The notes under the pieces were generated by a model that saw only the letters and a list, made by a program, of their open reading frames with translations, had not been told where the DNA came from and did not search any database. Shown here in pieces: positions 10,037 to 20,056 of a DNA stretch of 64,000 nt; positions within the stretch are counted from its first letter, which is position 1, and every line of letters begins with the position of its first letter. The position numbers and the translations under genes were made by a program. The DNA is from Candidatus Latescibacterota bacterium (lineage in GTDB: Bacteria > Latescibacterota > UBA2968 > GCA-2709665): the NCBI GenBank assembly GCA_965219455.1, contig OZ244744.1, positions 608,001-672,000 of the forward strand. Reading direction: 5' to 3'.

Positions 10037-10750
10037 TCAGCAGCAACCTTTGGCTTCCGCCCCCCCATTGGGGTGGCACCGTATGAATTCGTAGAAAAGG
10101 GCGCCGGCAAGTGCACCCAGCACGGGCCCGGCGGCATAGGCCGAAAAATGTTGCCAGTTACCTGAAACAAGTGCCGGGCCCAGGCTGCGGGCGGGATTCA
10201 TGGACGCGCCGCATATCGGGCCGGCAAACATGGCTTCGAACCAGACCGTGCCTCCGATGGCGAGGCCGGCCGCCTGGCCCGTGGCCCGGTAGTCCGTGGC
10301 AACCGCCATAATGACAACCATCAGCAGGAAGGCGAGCAGGAACTCCCAGACGAAGGCGGTGGTCCACGCGCCGTCGAGGGGCTGGGTGACACCCAGATCG
10401 AGGCTGTCGCCAGGTAGCCTGGCTTTCAGGACGGGGGAAAGCGTGAAGAGGTGAATGCTGCTGGCGAGGACAGCGCCCAGGCATTGGGCGGCAATGTACG
10501 GGACAATCTCCCGTTTGGGAAAGTGCCTGGTGAATGAGAACGCGATCGTAACGGCAGGATTGAAGTGCGCGCCGGAGACGTGGCCGGTAGCGTAAACCAT
10601 CGTCATCACGATAAGCCCGAATGAGGTGGCGATGCCCACGTGGGAGACGGCGCCGCCGCTGATCTGATTGACGGCAATGGCGCCGCAGCCGCCCAGTACA
10701 ATGGCGAAGGCGCCGACAAATTCCGCGCCGCATTTCCGCAACAGATTCAT
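10037..10750 (-). CDS. MIP-family channel (NIP-like aquaporin/aquaglyceroporin)
   Basis: AEFVG, SGAHFNPAVT and GASMNPARSLGP; C-terminal Cys-Cys. Confidence 0.92.
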   Translation of the reverse strand: MNLLRKCGAEFVGAFAIVLGGCGAIAVNQISGGAVSHVGIATSFGLIVMTMVYATGHVSGAHFNPAVTIAFSFTRHFPKREIVPYIAAQCLGAVLASSIHLFTLSPVLKARLPGDSLDLGVTQPLDGAWTTAFVWEFLLAFLLMVVIMAVATDYRATGQAAGLAIGGTVWFEAMFAGPICGASMNPARSLGPALVSGNWQHFSAYAAGPVLGALAGALFYEFIRCHPNGGAEAKGCC

Positions 10751-10793
10751 GGTGTCTGCCTCCGTGTGACGTTGAACGGAGTCGTTCCTACGC

Positions 10794-10896
10794 CCTGCCC
10801 TAAGCCGCTCCCTGAGCCTGTCGAAGGGTCGGCGAAGGGTGGCGACAGCGTGGGCATTTCGACAAGCTCAATGACCACGCTTCGGCAAGCCCAGCG
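10794..10896. repeat. TTCGAC-type REP-like repeat cluster including a nested doublet
   Basis: ccctgagcctgtcgaaggg, tgggcatttcgacaagctca and ttcggcaagcccag; related to 16655-16791 in inverted orientation. Confidence 0.75.
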
Positions 10897-11073
10897 CTGC
10901 AGATGAGAACAAGCGTATGTGATCCCTACGCTTCTTGCATATTACCGGGAGCACTTTATAGTTGACGTCAAATGCCTCTGCAGGGCAGGCAGAAATGTCG
11001 ACTATTTGTCGGCGCAGGCTCAAGATATCGAATTCGCGGACTGGAATCCAGAAGGAAAATCCGGGAGAAAATC

Positions 11074-11808
11074 ATGGTCCTGAAGCGGTTGCTGGTCTTT
11101 CAACATCTGGACGTGGAACATCCCGGCCTCTTTCGCGAATTCTTCGCCGAAGACGGGATCCGGTGGGACGTCGTGGAACTGGATGAGGGCGAGCGCATCC
11201 CGGATCCGGACGCCTACGACGCCCTCTGGGTGATGGGCGGGCCCATGGACGTCTGGGAAGAGGATGTATATCCGTGGTTGATCGAGGAGAAAGCCGCCAT
11301 TCGGTACGCGGTGGTGGAGAGAATGATGCCGTTTGTGGGCATCTGCCTCGGCCACCAGTTGCTGGCGGCGGCCCTCGGAGGTACCGTAGGCCCGAACGAC
11401 AGTCCCGAGGTGGGGGTGATGGATATTTCCCTCACGACCCCTGGCACGGAAAGTGGTTTCTTCCGGGGTTTCCCCTCGACGTTGCCGTGCCTGCAATGGC
11501 ATAGCTCGGCGGTGACGTCGGTTCCGGATGAACTGGAGGTCCTCGCATCGTCGGAGTTGTGCGCGGTTCAGGCGATGCGTATGGGAGATCACGCGATCAC
11601 CGCCCAGTTTCATATCGAGATTACGGAGGATACCATCGAAGAGTGGGGCGCCGTGCCGGCGTACCACAGAGCCCTGGTGGATACGCTGGGAGAAGATGCG
11701 ATGGCGGACTTCGAACGGGCTGTCGTAGGGAAGCTGGATGTCTTCAGGGGATACGCAAGACGGTTTTACGAGAATTGGAAGGAAAAGGCCATAAAATGCA
11801 ATCCTTAA
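11074..11808 (+). CDS. Type 1 glutamine amidotransferase
   Basis: FQHLDVEHPG, MGGPM, nucleophile GICLGHQL, QWH and QFHIE. Confidence 0.9.
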   Translation: MVLKRLLVFQHLDVEHPGLFREFFAEDGIRWDVVELDEGERIPDPDAYDALWVMGGPMDVWEEDVYPWLIEEKAAIRYAVVERMMPFVGICLGHQLLAAALGGTVGPNDSPEVGVMDISLTTPGTESGFFRGFPSTLPCLQWHSSAVTSVPDELEVLASSELCAVQAMRMGDHAITAQFHIEITEDTIEEWGAVPAYHRALVDTLGEDAMADFERAVVGKLDVFRGYARRFYENWKEKAIKCNP

Positions 11809-11892
11809 GGACTTTCTGTGGTCCACATTCTGATCCGACGCCCGACTTCGGCTCGGGAAGCCTACACTGGAGGCCGGAACGGTGAATCGCGT

Positions 11893-13470
11893 ATGAGTCA
11901 GCCGGCGCATCCAAACTTCCTATTCATCACGACCGACCAGCAACGCTGGGACGCTGTCGGGATTCACAATCCTGTTCTGCGGACACCGTGCATGGATCGG
12001 CTGGCCCGTGAGGGCGTTCAGTTCAGCCGCATGTATCCGACCAATGCCATATGTATGCCCTCCCGGGCGAGCATGATTACAGGGAGGAGCCAGCGGGGCC
12101 ATCAGGTATTCAACCACGATGTAAACCTGAGCGAGGCCATACCGGTACTGGGCGATTCGCTGCGAGAATCGGGATATGAGACCGCCCTGATCGGCAAGGC
12201 GCATTTCAGGACGGCGGACCTGGAGGACGTGTTGCCCGACCATCCGCCGGACGGAGCGCCTGTGAATCCTGAAAACGATCTCTGGTACGGTCCTTACTAC
12301 GGATTCAACTACGCGGAGTTGCACACGGGCCATGCCTACCCTGCGGGGCATTGGCGCGTATGGCTGGAACAGAACCATCCGGAAGGGTTGATGCTTTGGA
12401 GAAAGGACCATGCCCTTGCGCCCCCCACCGGCGCCTATATGTCGTGGAAGAACGCGCTGCCCGCGGCGTGGCACTATACGCACTGGACCGGTCAGCGCAC
12501 ATTAAACTGGCTGCGGAACCGGGATCCGAGTCAACCGTTCTTCCTTTGGATGTCGTTTGCGGATCCTCATCAGCCCTTCGCGCCTCCACGACCGTATTGC
12601 GATATGTACAGTCCTTCGGACATGCCGGATCCGGTCCCGCCGGAAGACGTACAAAACAAACCGCCGCATTACGGATGGGCCCGTTGCGGAAAGCGCTATG
12701 GAGGGTACAATACGCTGACCGGATGGGATGGCTCGCATTACGGCGAGATCGTGGCGCACTATTATGGATTGACGACGTTTATCGACGATGCCATGGACAA
12801 CGTATTTGAAGAGTTGAATCGGCAGGGTCTGTGGGAGCAGACGCATGTGGTGTTCACCTCGGACCACGGGGAAGGGTTGAAGGACCACGGCATTGCAGCC
12901 AAACCGATGATGTCGTATGAAAGCGTAAACCGTGTGCCGTTCTTCTGGCGGCAACCGTCGGGGGAAAAGAGGCGGGTGTACGATGGCGTCATGACGCAGC
13001 TGGACCTGACGCCGACGTTCCTGGACCTGGCGGGCGCCGAGCCCCTCCCTGGCATGGAAGGACGGTCCTTCGCGGGGGTGCTTCGAGGCGAGGTCCATCG
13101 GCATCGTGAGGCCGTAATTGTGGAGCGGATTTCCGTACTGGCGGAGGGGGCGATGAAGGTGAAGATGCTGGTGACCGAAGACTGGAAACTACTCCACTAT
13201 GGGTCTTCGCCATACGGTGAACTTTACGACGTCCGAAACGATCCCGAGGATTTGAATAATCTGTGGGAGGATCCTGCGTACGCCGAAGTGAAACAGCAGT
13301 TGATCGAGCGCCTGCTGGCAACGCTGATCGACGATGAACTGGGAGACCCAGCATTGATCCTGCCGGCTCGCGCGCCTGGAGGTTCGTTGAGAGACCGTCG
13401 CCTGATGGAACCGCAGCCGGTTGTCAGGGCGGATCTGGATGAGCGGCTGCGGGGGATTATTGAAGGGTAA
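11893..13470 (+). CDS. Sulfatase (formylglycine-dependent, Cys type)
   Basis: PNFLFITTDQQR, CMPSRAS (CxPxR), GKAH, SDHGE and ELYD...DPE. Confidence 0.93.
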   Translation: MSQPAHPNFLFITTDQQRWDAVGIHNPVLRTPCMDRLAREGVQFSRMYPTNAICMPSRASMITGRSQRGHQVFNHDVNLSEAIPVLGDSLRESGYETALIGKAHFRTADLEDVLPDHPPDGAPVNPENDLWYGPYYGFNYAELHTGHAYPAGHWRVWLEQNHPEGLMLWRKDHALAPPTGAYMSWKNALPAAWHYTHWTGQRTLNWLRNRDPSQPFFLWMSFADPHQPFAPPRPYCDMYSPSDMPDPVPPEDVQNKPPHYGWARCGKRYGGYNTLTGWDGSHYGEIVAHYYGLTTFIDDAMDNVFEELNRQGLWEQTHVVFTSDHGEGLKDHGIAAKPMMSYESVNRVPFFWRQPSGEKRRVYDGVMTQLDLTPTFLDLAGAEPLPGMEGRSFAGVLRGEVHRHREAVIVERISVLAEGAMKVKMLVTEDWKLLHYGSSPYGELYDVRNDPEDLNNLWEDPAYAEVKQQLIERLLATLIDDELGDPALILPARAPGGSLRDRRLMEPQPVVRADLDERLRGIIEG

Positions 13471-13536
13471 AGCGATCGCGGTTTGTGCCGGCCGGACGCG
13501 ACGAGGACGGGAGACGGGCCCCACCGTAGCGTCCCA

Positions 13537-15408
13537 TTACGAAATTTCCCAGCTGTAAAGATGCGAGTCGCTGGTGAAATAGATACGGCCGTCCAGAAAG
13601 TCACCCCCGTTGCTGACGGGCACCGGTGACGGGGCGCACAGGTCGATCGCGAACGTGCCGCTTTCGATGCGGGCGATGCCTTTTTCGAATAGAATGTAGA
13701 CGGTATCGTCAGGCGCCGTCACGAAGACGCGCGGCCCCTGCTGATGCGCCGTTGGTCCGAATGCCCTTTCCGTTTCTTCCTGATGAACGACTTCGCGTCT
13801 GTCGGGACAAAAGACGAAAAATCGCACCTGGTCAACGAAACCGTAAACAAGACCGTCGTGCCCGTTGCACAGGTCCGTGTATTCCTGCGCCCCGGGGAAT
13901 AGAACCTCACGCCACGCCACCTTTCCGTCGGCCATGTCGAAAATGTAGAGTTCGGCTTCGACAGCCTTCTGCTCTCCGCCGGTTCCCGGACTGGTTGTCG
14001 TGCCGCCCAGCAGCTTCCCGCCCGGCAGAGCGGCCAGGCTTGCCGTTGAGTGATCCGGCAACAGGTCGTTATGTTCCAGAAGGGTCCCGGTTCGCCTGTC
14101 GCAATTCCAGATGAGCAGGCCGCCGCCCGTATAGCCGTAGCCAGGGGTACCGGCCACCACCAGCGTTTTGCCGTCGGGATGGACGAGCAGCTTGTGCGGG
14201 CGATGCAGGGTGGGCGTACAGATCCGGTGGAAGAAGGGATTCGAGGCGGGGTTCTCCTTTTCCGTAGTCACCCAGGGTTTGGATGGATCCCATTCCAGGA
14301 GGGAGCCGCTGCCGTACCCGCCCACGAAGAAGCGGTCTCCCTGGCGGCCCACGGTATTCCATTGGCCGAAGCTCTCCCTCTCGATCCAGGTGTCGGTTTC
14401 GGGTTGATAGCTGAAAGTGCGCCTCGGGAAAAACGTGCCCCCGCAGATGCTCCCGTCCGGCGCGGCAGCGACGCCCATGATGTGTGCGCCCTCGCTCGCG
14501 TAGTCGAACGACACGTCCGGCGATTGCACGCCATCCGGGCCCTCCACGGATAACACGCGATCGACGAGACAGCATTTCAGAAGTGTGCTCCCGTCGGGGA
14601 AGTTTGGATGGACGTGGCCGGCATCTCCTGCAATATAGGGCTTTTCTCGCCTTTTCCGCCTGGGTACCGCCTTGCGTTCACCCCGGTGGAGTTCGTACCA
14701 CGATTCCGCGTCCGGGTTGTCCCCGGGCCATGGGGTTCCGGTCGGTGGAAGCGCGTAGACGCTACCGTTGAGGTCCCGGTAAACGGACGCGCTTCCTCGG
14801 GAACGTTCGTGCTCCGCCAGCAGCGGCGCCGCGTTTTCACGTTCCCTGTCAAACGCAATGATCTGGCACAGGGTCGTGCCGATGCCGAAGTAAATCCAGC
14901 CGGCGTCGTCCGCGGCAAGGGTGGTGGGATACTGGCGCCAGTTCTGGTCGTACAGGTGCCCGTAGTCCCGGAAGTCTCCGCTATCCGGATCGTAGGACGC
15001 GAGCCCGCTATCCGGATAGGTGGAAGACCAGATCACTCCCGTGTCGTCTTCGGTCAATCCCATCGCCATGCGGGGGGCGGTTTCGTGGCAAAACGTGTAG
15101 CCCAGCGCATTGACGTCGAACTCCACGAAGTAGCCGTTGAAGTGGGTGTAGAACCGATTCCGGCTCGAAAGGAGCGAGGCATACGGGCAATCGCCTCCGG
15201 GCGGAAAGGGCACGGGGAACTCCCGGCTTTCGCCGGTCGCGGCATCGATGACCAGCAGCGCGTACCCGCCCCGATGGTCGAACAGCCAGACGAGAACCAC
15301 GTTCCGGCCGTCGCCGTCCGCGGCGGCAACGGTACCCCTGGGGTGGCTGCTGGTGGTGGCGGGGCCGTGATGGCGGAAATTGTGGGCGAGCACCCGGGTT
15401 GATCTCAT
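13537..15408 (-). CDS. Uncharacterised beta-propeller repeat protein
   Basis: Repeated blade-like motifs (DDTGVIWSSTYP, DDAGWIYFG, APDGSICGGT, HDGLVYG, DGRIYF). Confidence 0.65.
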   Translation of the reverse strand: MRSTRVLAHNFRHHGPATTSSHPRGTVAAADGDGRNVVLVWLFDHRGGYALLVIDAATGESREFPVPFPPGGDCPYASLLSSRNRFYTHFNGYFVEFDVNALGYTFCHETAPRMAMGLTEDDTGVIWSSTYPDSGLASYDPDSGDFRDYGHLYDQNWRQYPTTLAADDAGWIYFGIGTTLCQIIAFDRERENAAPLLAEHERSRGSASVYRDLNGSVYALPPTGTPWPGDNPDAESWYELHRGERKAVPRRKRREKPYIAGDAGHVHPNFPDGSTLLKCCLVDRVLSVEGPDGVQSPDVSFDYASEGAHIMGVAAAPDGSICGGTFFPRRTFSYQPETDTWIERESFGQWNTVGRQGDRFFVGGYGSGSLLEWDPSKPWVTTEKENPASNPFFHRICTPTLHRPHKLLVHPDGKTLVVAGTPGYGYTGGGLLIWNCDRRTGTLLEHNDLLPDHSTASLAALPGGKLLGGTTTSPGTGGEQKAVEAELYIFDMADGKVAWREVLFPGAQEYTDLCNGHDGLVYGFVDQVRFFVFCPDRREVVHQEETERAFGPTAHQQGPRVFVTAPDDTVYILFEKGIARIESGTFAIDLCAPSPVPVSNGGDFLDGRIYFTSDSHLYSWEIS

Positions 15409-15613
15409 CCCTTTGCCTCTTCTTCCTGATCTGGTGTGTGTCGTGCGTTGACGGAAAGATGTCCGTACTCCAACACCTGCCGAATGGCCTGCATCGGTAT
15501 CATGCGTTTGCAGCAAATGAATGTCAATCGAAATGCGGAAGTCCGTTGTATGAAACGAACCGCATGGGCGGATGGTCCGCCTATTGCAAGCCCTTACAAG
15601 GGGAGGTCTTCAA

Positions 15614-16402
15614 ATGAACATGGGATTGACGGACAAGGTGGCGGTCGTCGGGGGCGCAAGCCGTGGCCTGGGGAGAGGTTGCGCGATGGCGCTTGCCCGG
15701 GAGGGGGCGCGGGTCGCCATTTGTGCGAGGAACGAGAGCCGCCTGGAAGCAGCGGCCGCCGAGATCAGGGCGGCGACCGGATCGCACGTGCTAACCGTTG
15801 CCGGGGATCTCTCCGCTGAGGAGACCGTGGATCGACTGACGCGGAAGACCGTGGAGACGTTCGGCGGTATCGATATTGTCGTGAACAATTCCGGAGGCCC
15901 GCCCGCCGCTCCGTTTGCTCAAGTGACGGAAGCAATGTGGCGGGAGTACACGGATCTGATCCTGAATTACGTGCTCCGGATGTGCAGGCGGGTCGTCCCG
16001 CTGATGCAGGCGCGGGGAGGCGGGAGGATAATCAACCTGTGCGCATTCGCGGTCAAGCAGCCTGCCGGAAATACGGTGTCTAATGTGTTGCGGACGGCGG
16101 TTGTGGGCGCGGCGAAGACCCTCGCAAACGAATATGCGCGCGATCGGATTCTCATAAACAACGTGTGCACGGGGTTTATCGACACCGAGCTTCTGAGGGA
16201 GGAGTTCGAGGAAGCCGCCAGGGCGAATGGAACTTCGGTTCAGGACGAGATGCGGCCGTTGGCAGAAGAAGTCCCGCTGGGCCGCCTGGGAACGGTGCAG
16301 GAACTGTCCGATTACGTTGTATTCCTGGCATCGGACCGTTCGAGCTATATTACGGGCACGTCGCTGCAGGTGGACGGGGGTCTTGTCAAGTCGCTTCTGT
16401 AA
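15614..16402 (+). CDS. SDR-family oxidoreductase (3-oxoacyl-ACP reductase-like)
   Basis: GASRGLG, NNSGGP, GRIIN, PLGRLG and YITGTSLQVDGG; SD ggaggt. Confidence 0.9.
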   Translation: MNMGLTDKVAVVGGASRGLGRGCAMALAREGARVAICARNESRLEAAAAEIRAATGSHVLTVAGDLSAEETVDRLTRKTVETFGGIDIVVNNSGGPPAAPFAQVTEAMWREYTDLILNYVLRMCRRVVPLMQARGGGRIINLCAFAVKQPAGNTVSNVLRTAVVGAAKTLANEYARDRILINNVCTGFIDTELLREEFEEAARANGTSVQDEMRPLAEEVPLGRLGTVQELSDYVVFLASDRSSYITGTSLQVDGGLVKSLL

Positions 16403-16654
16403 CCGGATCCGCGGGGTACATGCGGCATATTCGCGGCTGCCTACGGGAATGCCGTCAGAAACCTGGATGCGGGTAGAACACGGACCCCCGTACCGTGACT
16501 GTAGTAGTCGTCTCTCTCGGATAGCGCACCGAACTACAAAAATGTCAAGACAAATTTGCAGTTGGATGCAAAATTGTCAACGTCCTGATCCTCGAATTCG
16601 CCCCTTACTTCCGGTTAGAGACAGCGTGTGCGCATCGTCGAAACGAGCTTGTTT

Positions 16655-16791
16655 AAGCGAACTTGTCGAAGCGTGTTCATTGCGTGTCGGGCTTGTCGAA
16701 ATGCCCACCATTCGTTACCTGTTCGCTCTTCACAGTCCTTTGCGACCCTTCGACAGCCCTTCGACAAGCTCAGGGCAAGGCTCAGGGCAGG
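16655..16791. repeat. TTCGAC-type REP-like repeat cluster including a nested doublet
   Basis: gaacttgtcgaagc, gggcttgtcgaaatgccca and cccttcgacagcccttcgacaagctcagggcaaggctcagggcagg. Confidence 0.75.
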
Positions 16792-16855
16792 AATAGGGGC
16801 CCTTGCTCAGGGCGTCGACTCAATGCCGTGGGGTACCTGCGACGGGAAGGCCGTT

Positions 16856-19800
16856 TCAGTCATCTGCGGTACGGGGTGAGAGGTCGGTCTCCGCGGCCGG
16901 CAGGCGGCCGAACAACCGGGCGACGGCGTGCCTCACGTCTTCCAGGATGGCGTAAGTGACGGGAACCAGAATCAGGATAACGGCGGTACCAAAGATGACG
17001 CCGAAGCCCAGAGAGGTCGCCATAGGGATGAGGAACTGGGCCTGCAGGCTGGTCTCAAAGAGCAGCGGTGAAAGGCCGCCGAAGGTCGTGAGAGACGTGA
17101 GGATGATGGGCCGGAAGCGGGCCACGCCGGCTTCGCGGATGGCTTCTTCCAGGCTGTTTCCCGCCGCGCGACGGCGGTTGATGAAGTCCACGAGGACGAG
17201 GCTGTCGTTGATGACCACGCCGGACAGTGCGACCAGACCGAATAGCGATAGAATGGTGAGGTCCAGGCCCATTATGATATGGCCCCAAATGGCGCCCACA
17301 AACCCGAAGGGGATAACGGCCATGATAATGAACGGCTGGAGATAGGATCGGAAAGGGATCGCGAGCAGGCCGAAGATGACAATGAGGGCGACGCCGAAGC
17401 TTCGCGATAGGCCGGAGACGGTTTCCTGCTGCTCCCGCTGCTCGCCTTCGAGGCTGTAGCGTACGCGGGGGTGGTCCGCCACAATGGCCGGGAGCACCTG
17501 CGACGTGACGTCGCCCAGAATCTCATTGGCATTGGCTCTGTTCCGGTCGACATCGGCCGTTACGTTTACAATTCGCTGGCGGTCGGTGCGATTGATGGCG
17601 GCGTAGCCCCTGCCGAGTTCGGTCCGGGCGGCAACGGAGAAGGGCACTTCGGCGCCTTCCGGCGTCCGGATGCGCATGGTCTCCAGGTTATTCAACGACC
17701 GCCGCTCGCTCTCGGGATAGCGTACCATCACCCGAACGTCGTCCCTTCCCCTCTGGATGCGCTGCGCTTCTTCGCCGTAGAACGCCTGGCGCACCTGCCG
17801 AGCCAGGTCGGACATGGTGAGGCCAAGCAGGCGCGCCTCTTCGGTCAGCGCGAGTTTAACCTCCTTCTTGCCCGGACGAAACGAGTCGGCAATGTCCAGC
17901 ACGCCCGGGTACTCCGCGAGTTTGCTCTTTAACTTTTCCGCCGCGGCCCGGAGTTCGGCGTAGTCAGGGCCGGTAAGCTGGATGTTGATGGGATCGCCCG
18001 CGGAAAAGAGGGACGAGGTGAACGTCAGTTCCGTTGCATCGGAAATGGGTCCGGTAAGTTCGCGCCAGCGCCTCGCGATTTCGACGCTGCTGACGGTTCG
18101 CTCCTCGGCGGGCGTGAGTTCAACGTTGACCTCGCCCAGGTGCGCACCGGAGTAAGCGGCATTCCCACCCTGAAACCGGCGCTGCGCCGTCCTGAGGGGC
18201 TGATCCCCCACAACAGCCCACATATGCATGAAGATTTTCTGATCGCTTTCAGATTCCAGTTCGCGCTGAAGCCGAATGGCGGACGATTCAAGGCGGCTGA
18301 CGGCCCGCGCGGTCGTCTCGGCGGGTGTTCCCTGCGGCATCGTCAGGTTCGCCGCCACGTTGTCTGCCGGGACCTGGGGGAAGAACAGGAATTGAATCCA
18401 GCCGCCGACAATGAGTCCGGCCGTCAGTGTCAGCGCGGCCACACCCACTGACGCGCTGAGGTAACGCCACTCCAGGCAGCGTTCGAGCAGCGGGCGGTAA
18501 ACCCGATGGATGAGCCCTTCCACGCGAGTTGAAAAACCGTCTCGAAACGCCCTCAACAACCGGCCGATAGGGCCGGTTGTTTTTTTTCTGCCACGCAGCC
18601 TGACGTGCGCCAGGTGGGCGGGAAGAATGAACAGGGATTCCACCAGTGAAAACACCAGGGTAAGGATGACGATCTCGGGGATCAGTCTCATGATCTTGCC
18701 GGTGTTGCCCGGAACCATCAACAGGGGCGAAAACGCGGCAATGGAGGTCAACACGGCAAAGGTGACCGGCACGGCGACTTCCTGGGCGCCGGCGATGGCG
18801 CCGCGCAGGCCGTGTTCGCCCTGCTGAAACCGCCGGTAGATGTTTTCGCCGACGACGATTGCGTCGTCGACAACGATGCCCAGCACCACGATGAATGCAA
18901 ACAGCGAGATCACATTGATGGACGCGCCGATGGACGGCATCACCCAGATGGCGCCAAGGAAGGAGATGGGAATCCCCAGGGCGATCCAGAAGGCCAGGCG
19001 AAGCCTCAGAAACATGGCCAGGATGAAGAGGACCAGGATGAAACCGCCCCGCCCGTTCTTCAGCATCAGGTTCAGCCGGCCCTCCAGAATCCTGGAGAAA
19101 TCGGCGTAGACGGTCAGGGAAATGCCCTCGGGCATGCGGGATTCCGCCGATTTGACGTATTCCTTGACATTTCGGGAGATTTCAAGCGCATCCTGGTCGC
19201 CCACCCGAAAGACCTGTACAATCACACCGGGTTCCAGGTCGAAACGTCCGGTTAGATCCGCGTCCGCAAATCCGTCCACAACCCTGGCAACGTCGCCCAC
19301 GGTGAGCACGGTCCCGTCAGGCCGGGTGCGCAGGACGATGTTTTCAAAGGCCGGCCCCCGGTAGGCCTGCCCTTTTGCCCGCAACAGGATTTCGCCGCCT
19401 TCCGTTTTGATGGCGCCGCCCGGCAGGTCCAGCGAGGAGCGGCGTACGGCCCGGACGACTTCGTCAATGGTCAGGCTGAATCGCCTCAGCGCGGATTCGG
19501 AGACTTCGATGGAAACCTCGTACGGGCGCGCGCCGCTGAGTACCGCCAGGGTAATTCCGGGTATGGCCGTGATCTCGTCGCGCACCTGCTCACCCAGGTA
19601 TTTGAGCGTGGCTTCGTCGGCGTTGCCGGAAACGGCCACGTTGATCACCTGGCGACGCAACACGACTTCCTGGATGACGGGTTGTTCGGTTTCGTCGGGA
19701 AACGTGTCGATCCCGTCAACGGCGGACTTGACATCTTCCAGCAACTTGCGGGCATCCGCGCCGGGCTTGAGTTCGATGTTGACGCTGCCCCGATTTTCGG

Positions 19801-20056
19801 AAGCGGTGGAACGAATGCGTTTGATGCCTTCCAGACTCTGCACCGCCTCCTCGATCCGCACACAGACGCCTTCTTCCACTTCCTCCGGCGCCGCACCGCG
19901 ATAAACGACTGAAACCGAGATGACGTCGGACGAGAATTCCGGAAAATGCTCGACTTCGAGGCTGGAAATCGTGAGTATGCCGCTGGCCAGGATAATAACC
20001 ATGAGCAGATTCGCGGCGACGCTGTTTTCGGCGAACCAGGCGATTGCGCGATTCAT
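16856..20056 (-). CDS. RND efflux transporter permease (AcrB/AcrD/AcrF family)
   Basis: 1066 aa; NSVAANLLM, GIVVDDAIVVGEN, GVVINDSLVLVD and RFRPIILTSLTT. Confidence 0.95.
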   Translation of the reverse strand: MNRAIAWFAENSVAANLLMVIILASGILTISSLEVEHFPEFSSDVISVSVVYRGAAPEEVEEGVCVRIEEAVQSLEGIKRIRSTASENRGSVNIELKPGADARKLLEDVKSAVDGIDTFPDETEQPVIQEVVLRRQVINVAVSGNADEATLKYLGEQVRDEITAIPGITLAVLSGARPYEVSIEVSESALRRFSLTIDEVVRAVRRSSLDLPGGAIKTEGGEILLRAKGQAYRGPAFENIVLRTRPDGTVLTVGDVARVVDGFADADLTGRFDLEPGVIVQVFRVGDQDALEISRNVKEYVKSAESRMPEGISLTVYADFSRILEGRLNLMLKNGRGGFILVLFILAMFLRLRLAFWIALGIPISFLGAIWVMPSIGASINVISLFAFIVVLGIVVDDAIVVGENIYRRFQQGEHGLRGAIAGAQEVAVPVTFAVLTSIAAFSPLLMVPGNTGKIMRLIPEIVILTLVFSLVESLFILPAHLAHVRLRGRKKTTGPIGRLLRAFRDGFSTRVEGLIHRVYRPLLERCLEWRYLSASVGVAALTLTAGLIVGGWIQFLFFPQVPADNVAANLTMPQGTPAETTARAVSRLESSAIRLQRELESESDQKIFMHMWAVVGDQPLRTAQRRFQGGNAAYSGAHLGEVNVELTPAEERTVSSVEIARRWRELTGPISDATELTFTSSLFSAGDPINIQLTGPDYAELRAAAEKLKSKLAEYPGVLDIADSFRPGKKEVKLALTEEARLLGLTMSDLARQVRQAFYGEEAQRIQRGRDDVRVMVRYPESERRSLNNLETMRIRTPEGAEVPFSVAARTELGRGYAAINRTDRQRIVNVTADVDRNRANANEILGDVTSQVLPAIVADHPRVRYSLEGEQREQQETVSGLSRSFGVALIVIFGLLAIPFRSYLQPFIIMAVIPFGFVGAIWGHIIMGLDLTILSLFGLVALSGVVINDSLVLVDFINRRRAAGNSLEEAIREAGVARFRPIILTSLTTFGGLSPLLFETSLQAQFLIPMATSLGFGVIFGTAVILILVPVTYAILEDVRHAVARLFGRLPAAETDLSPRTADD

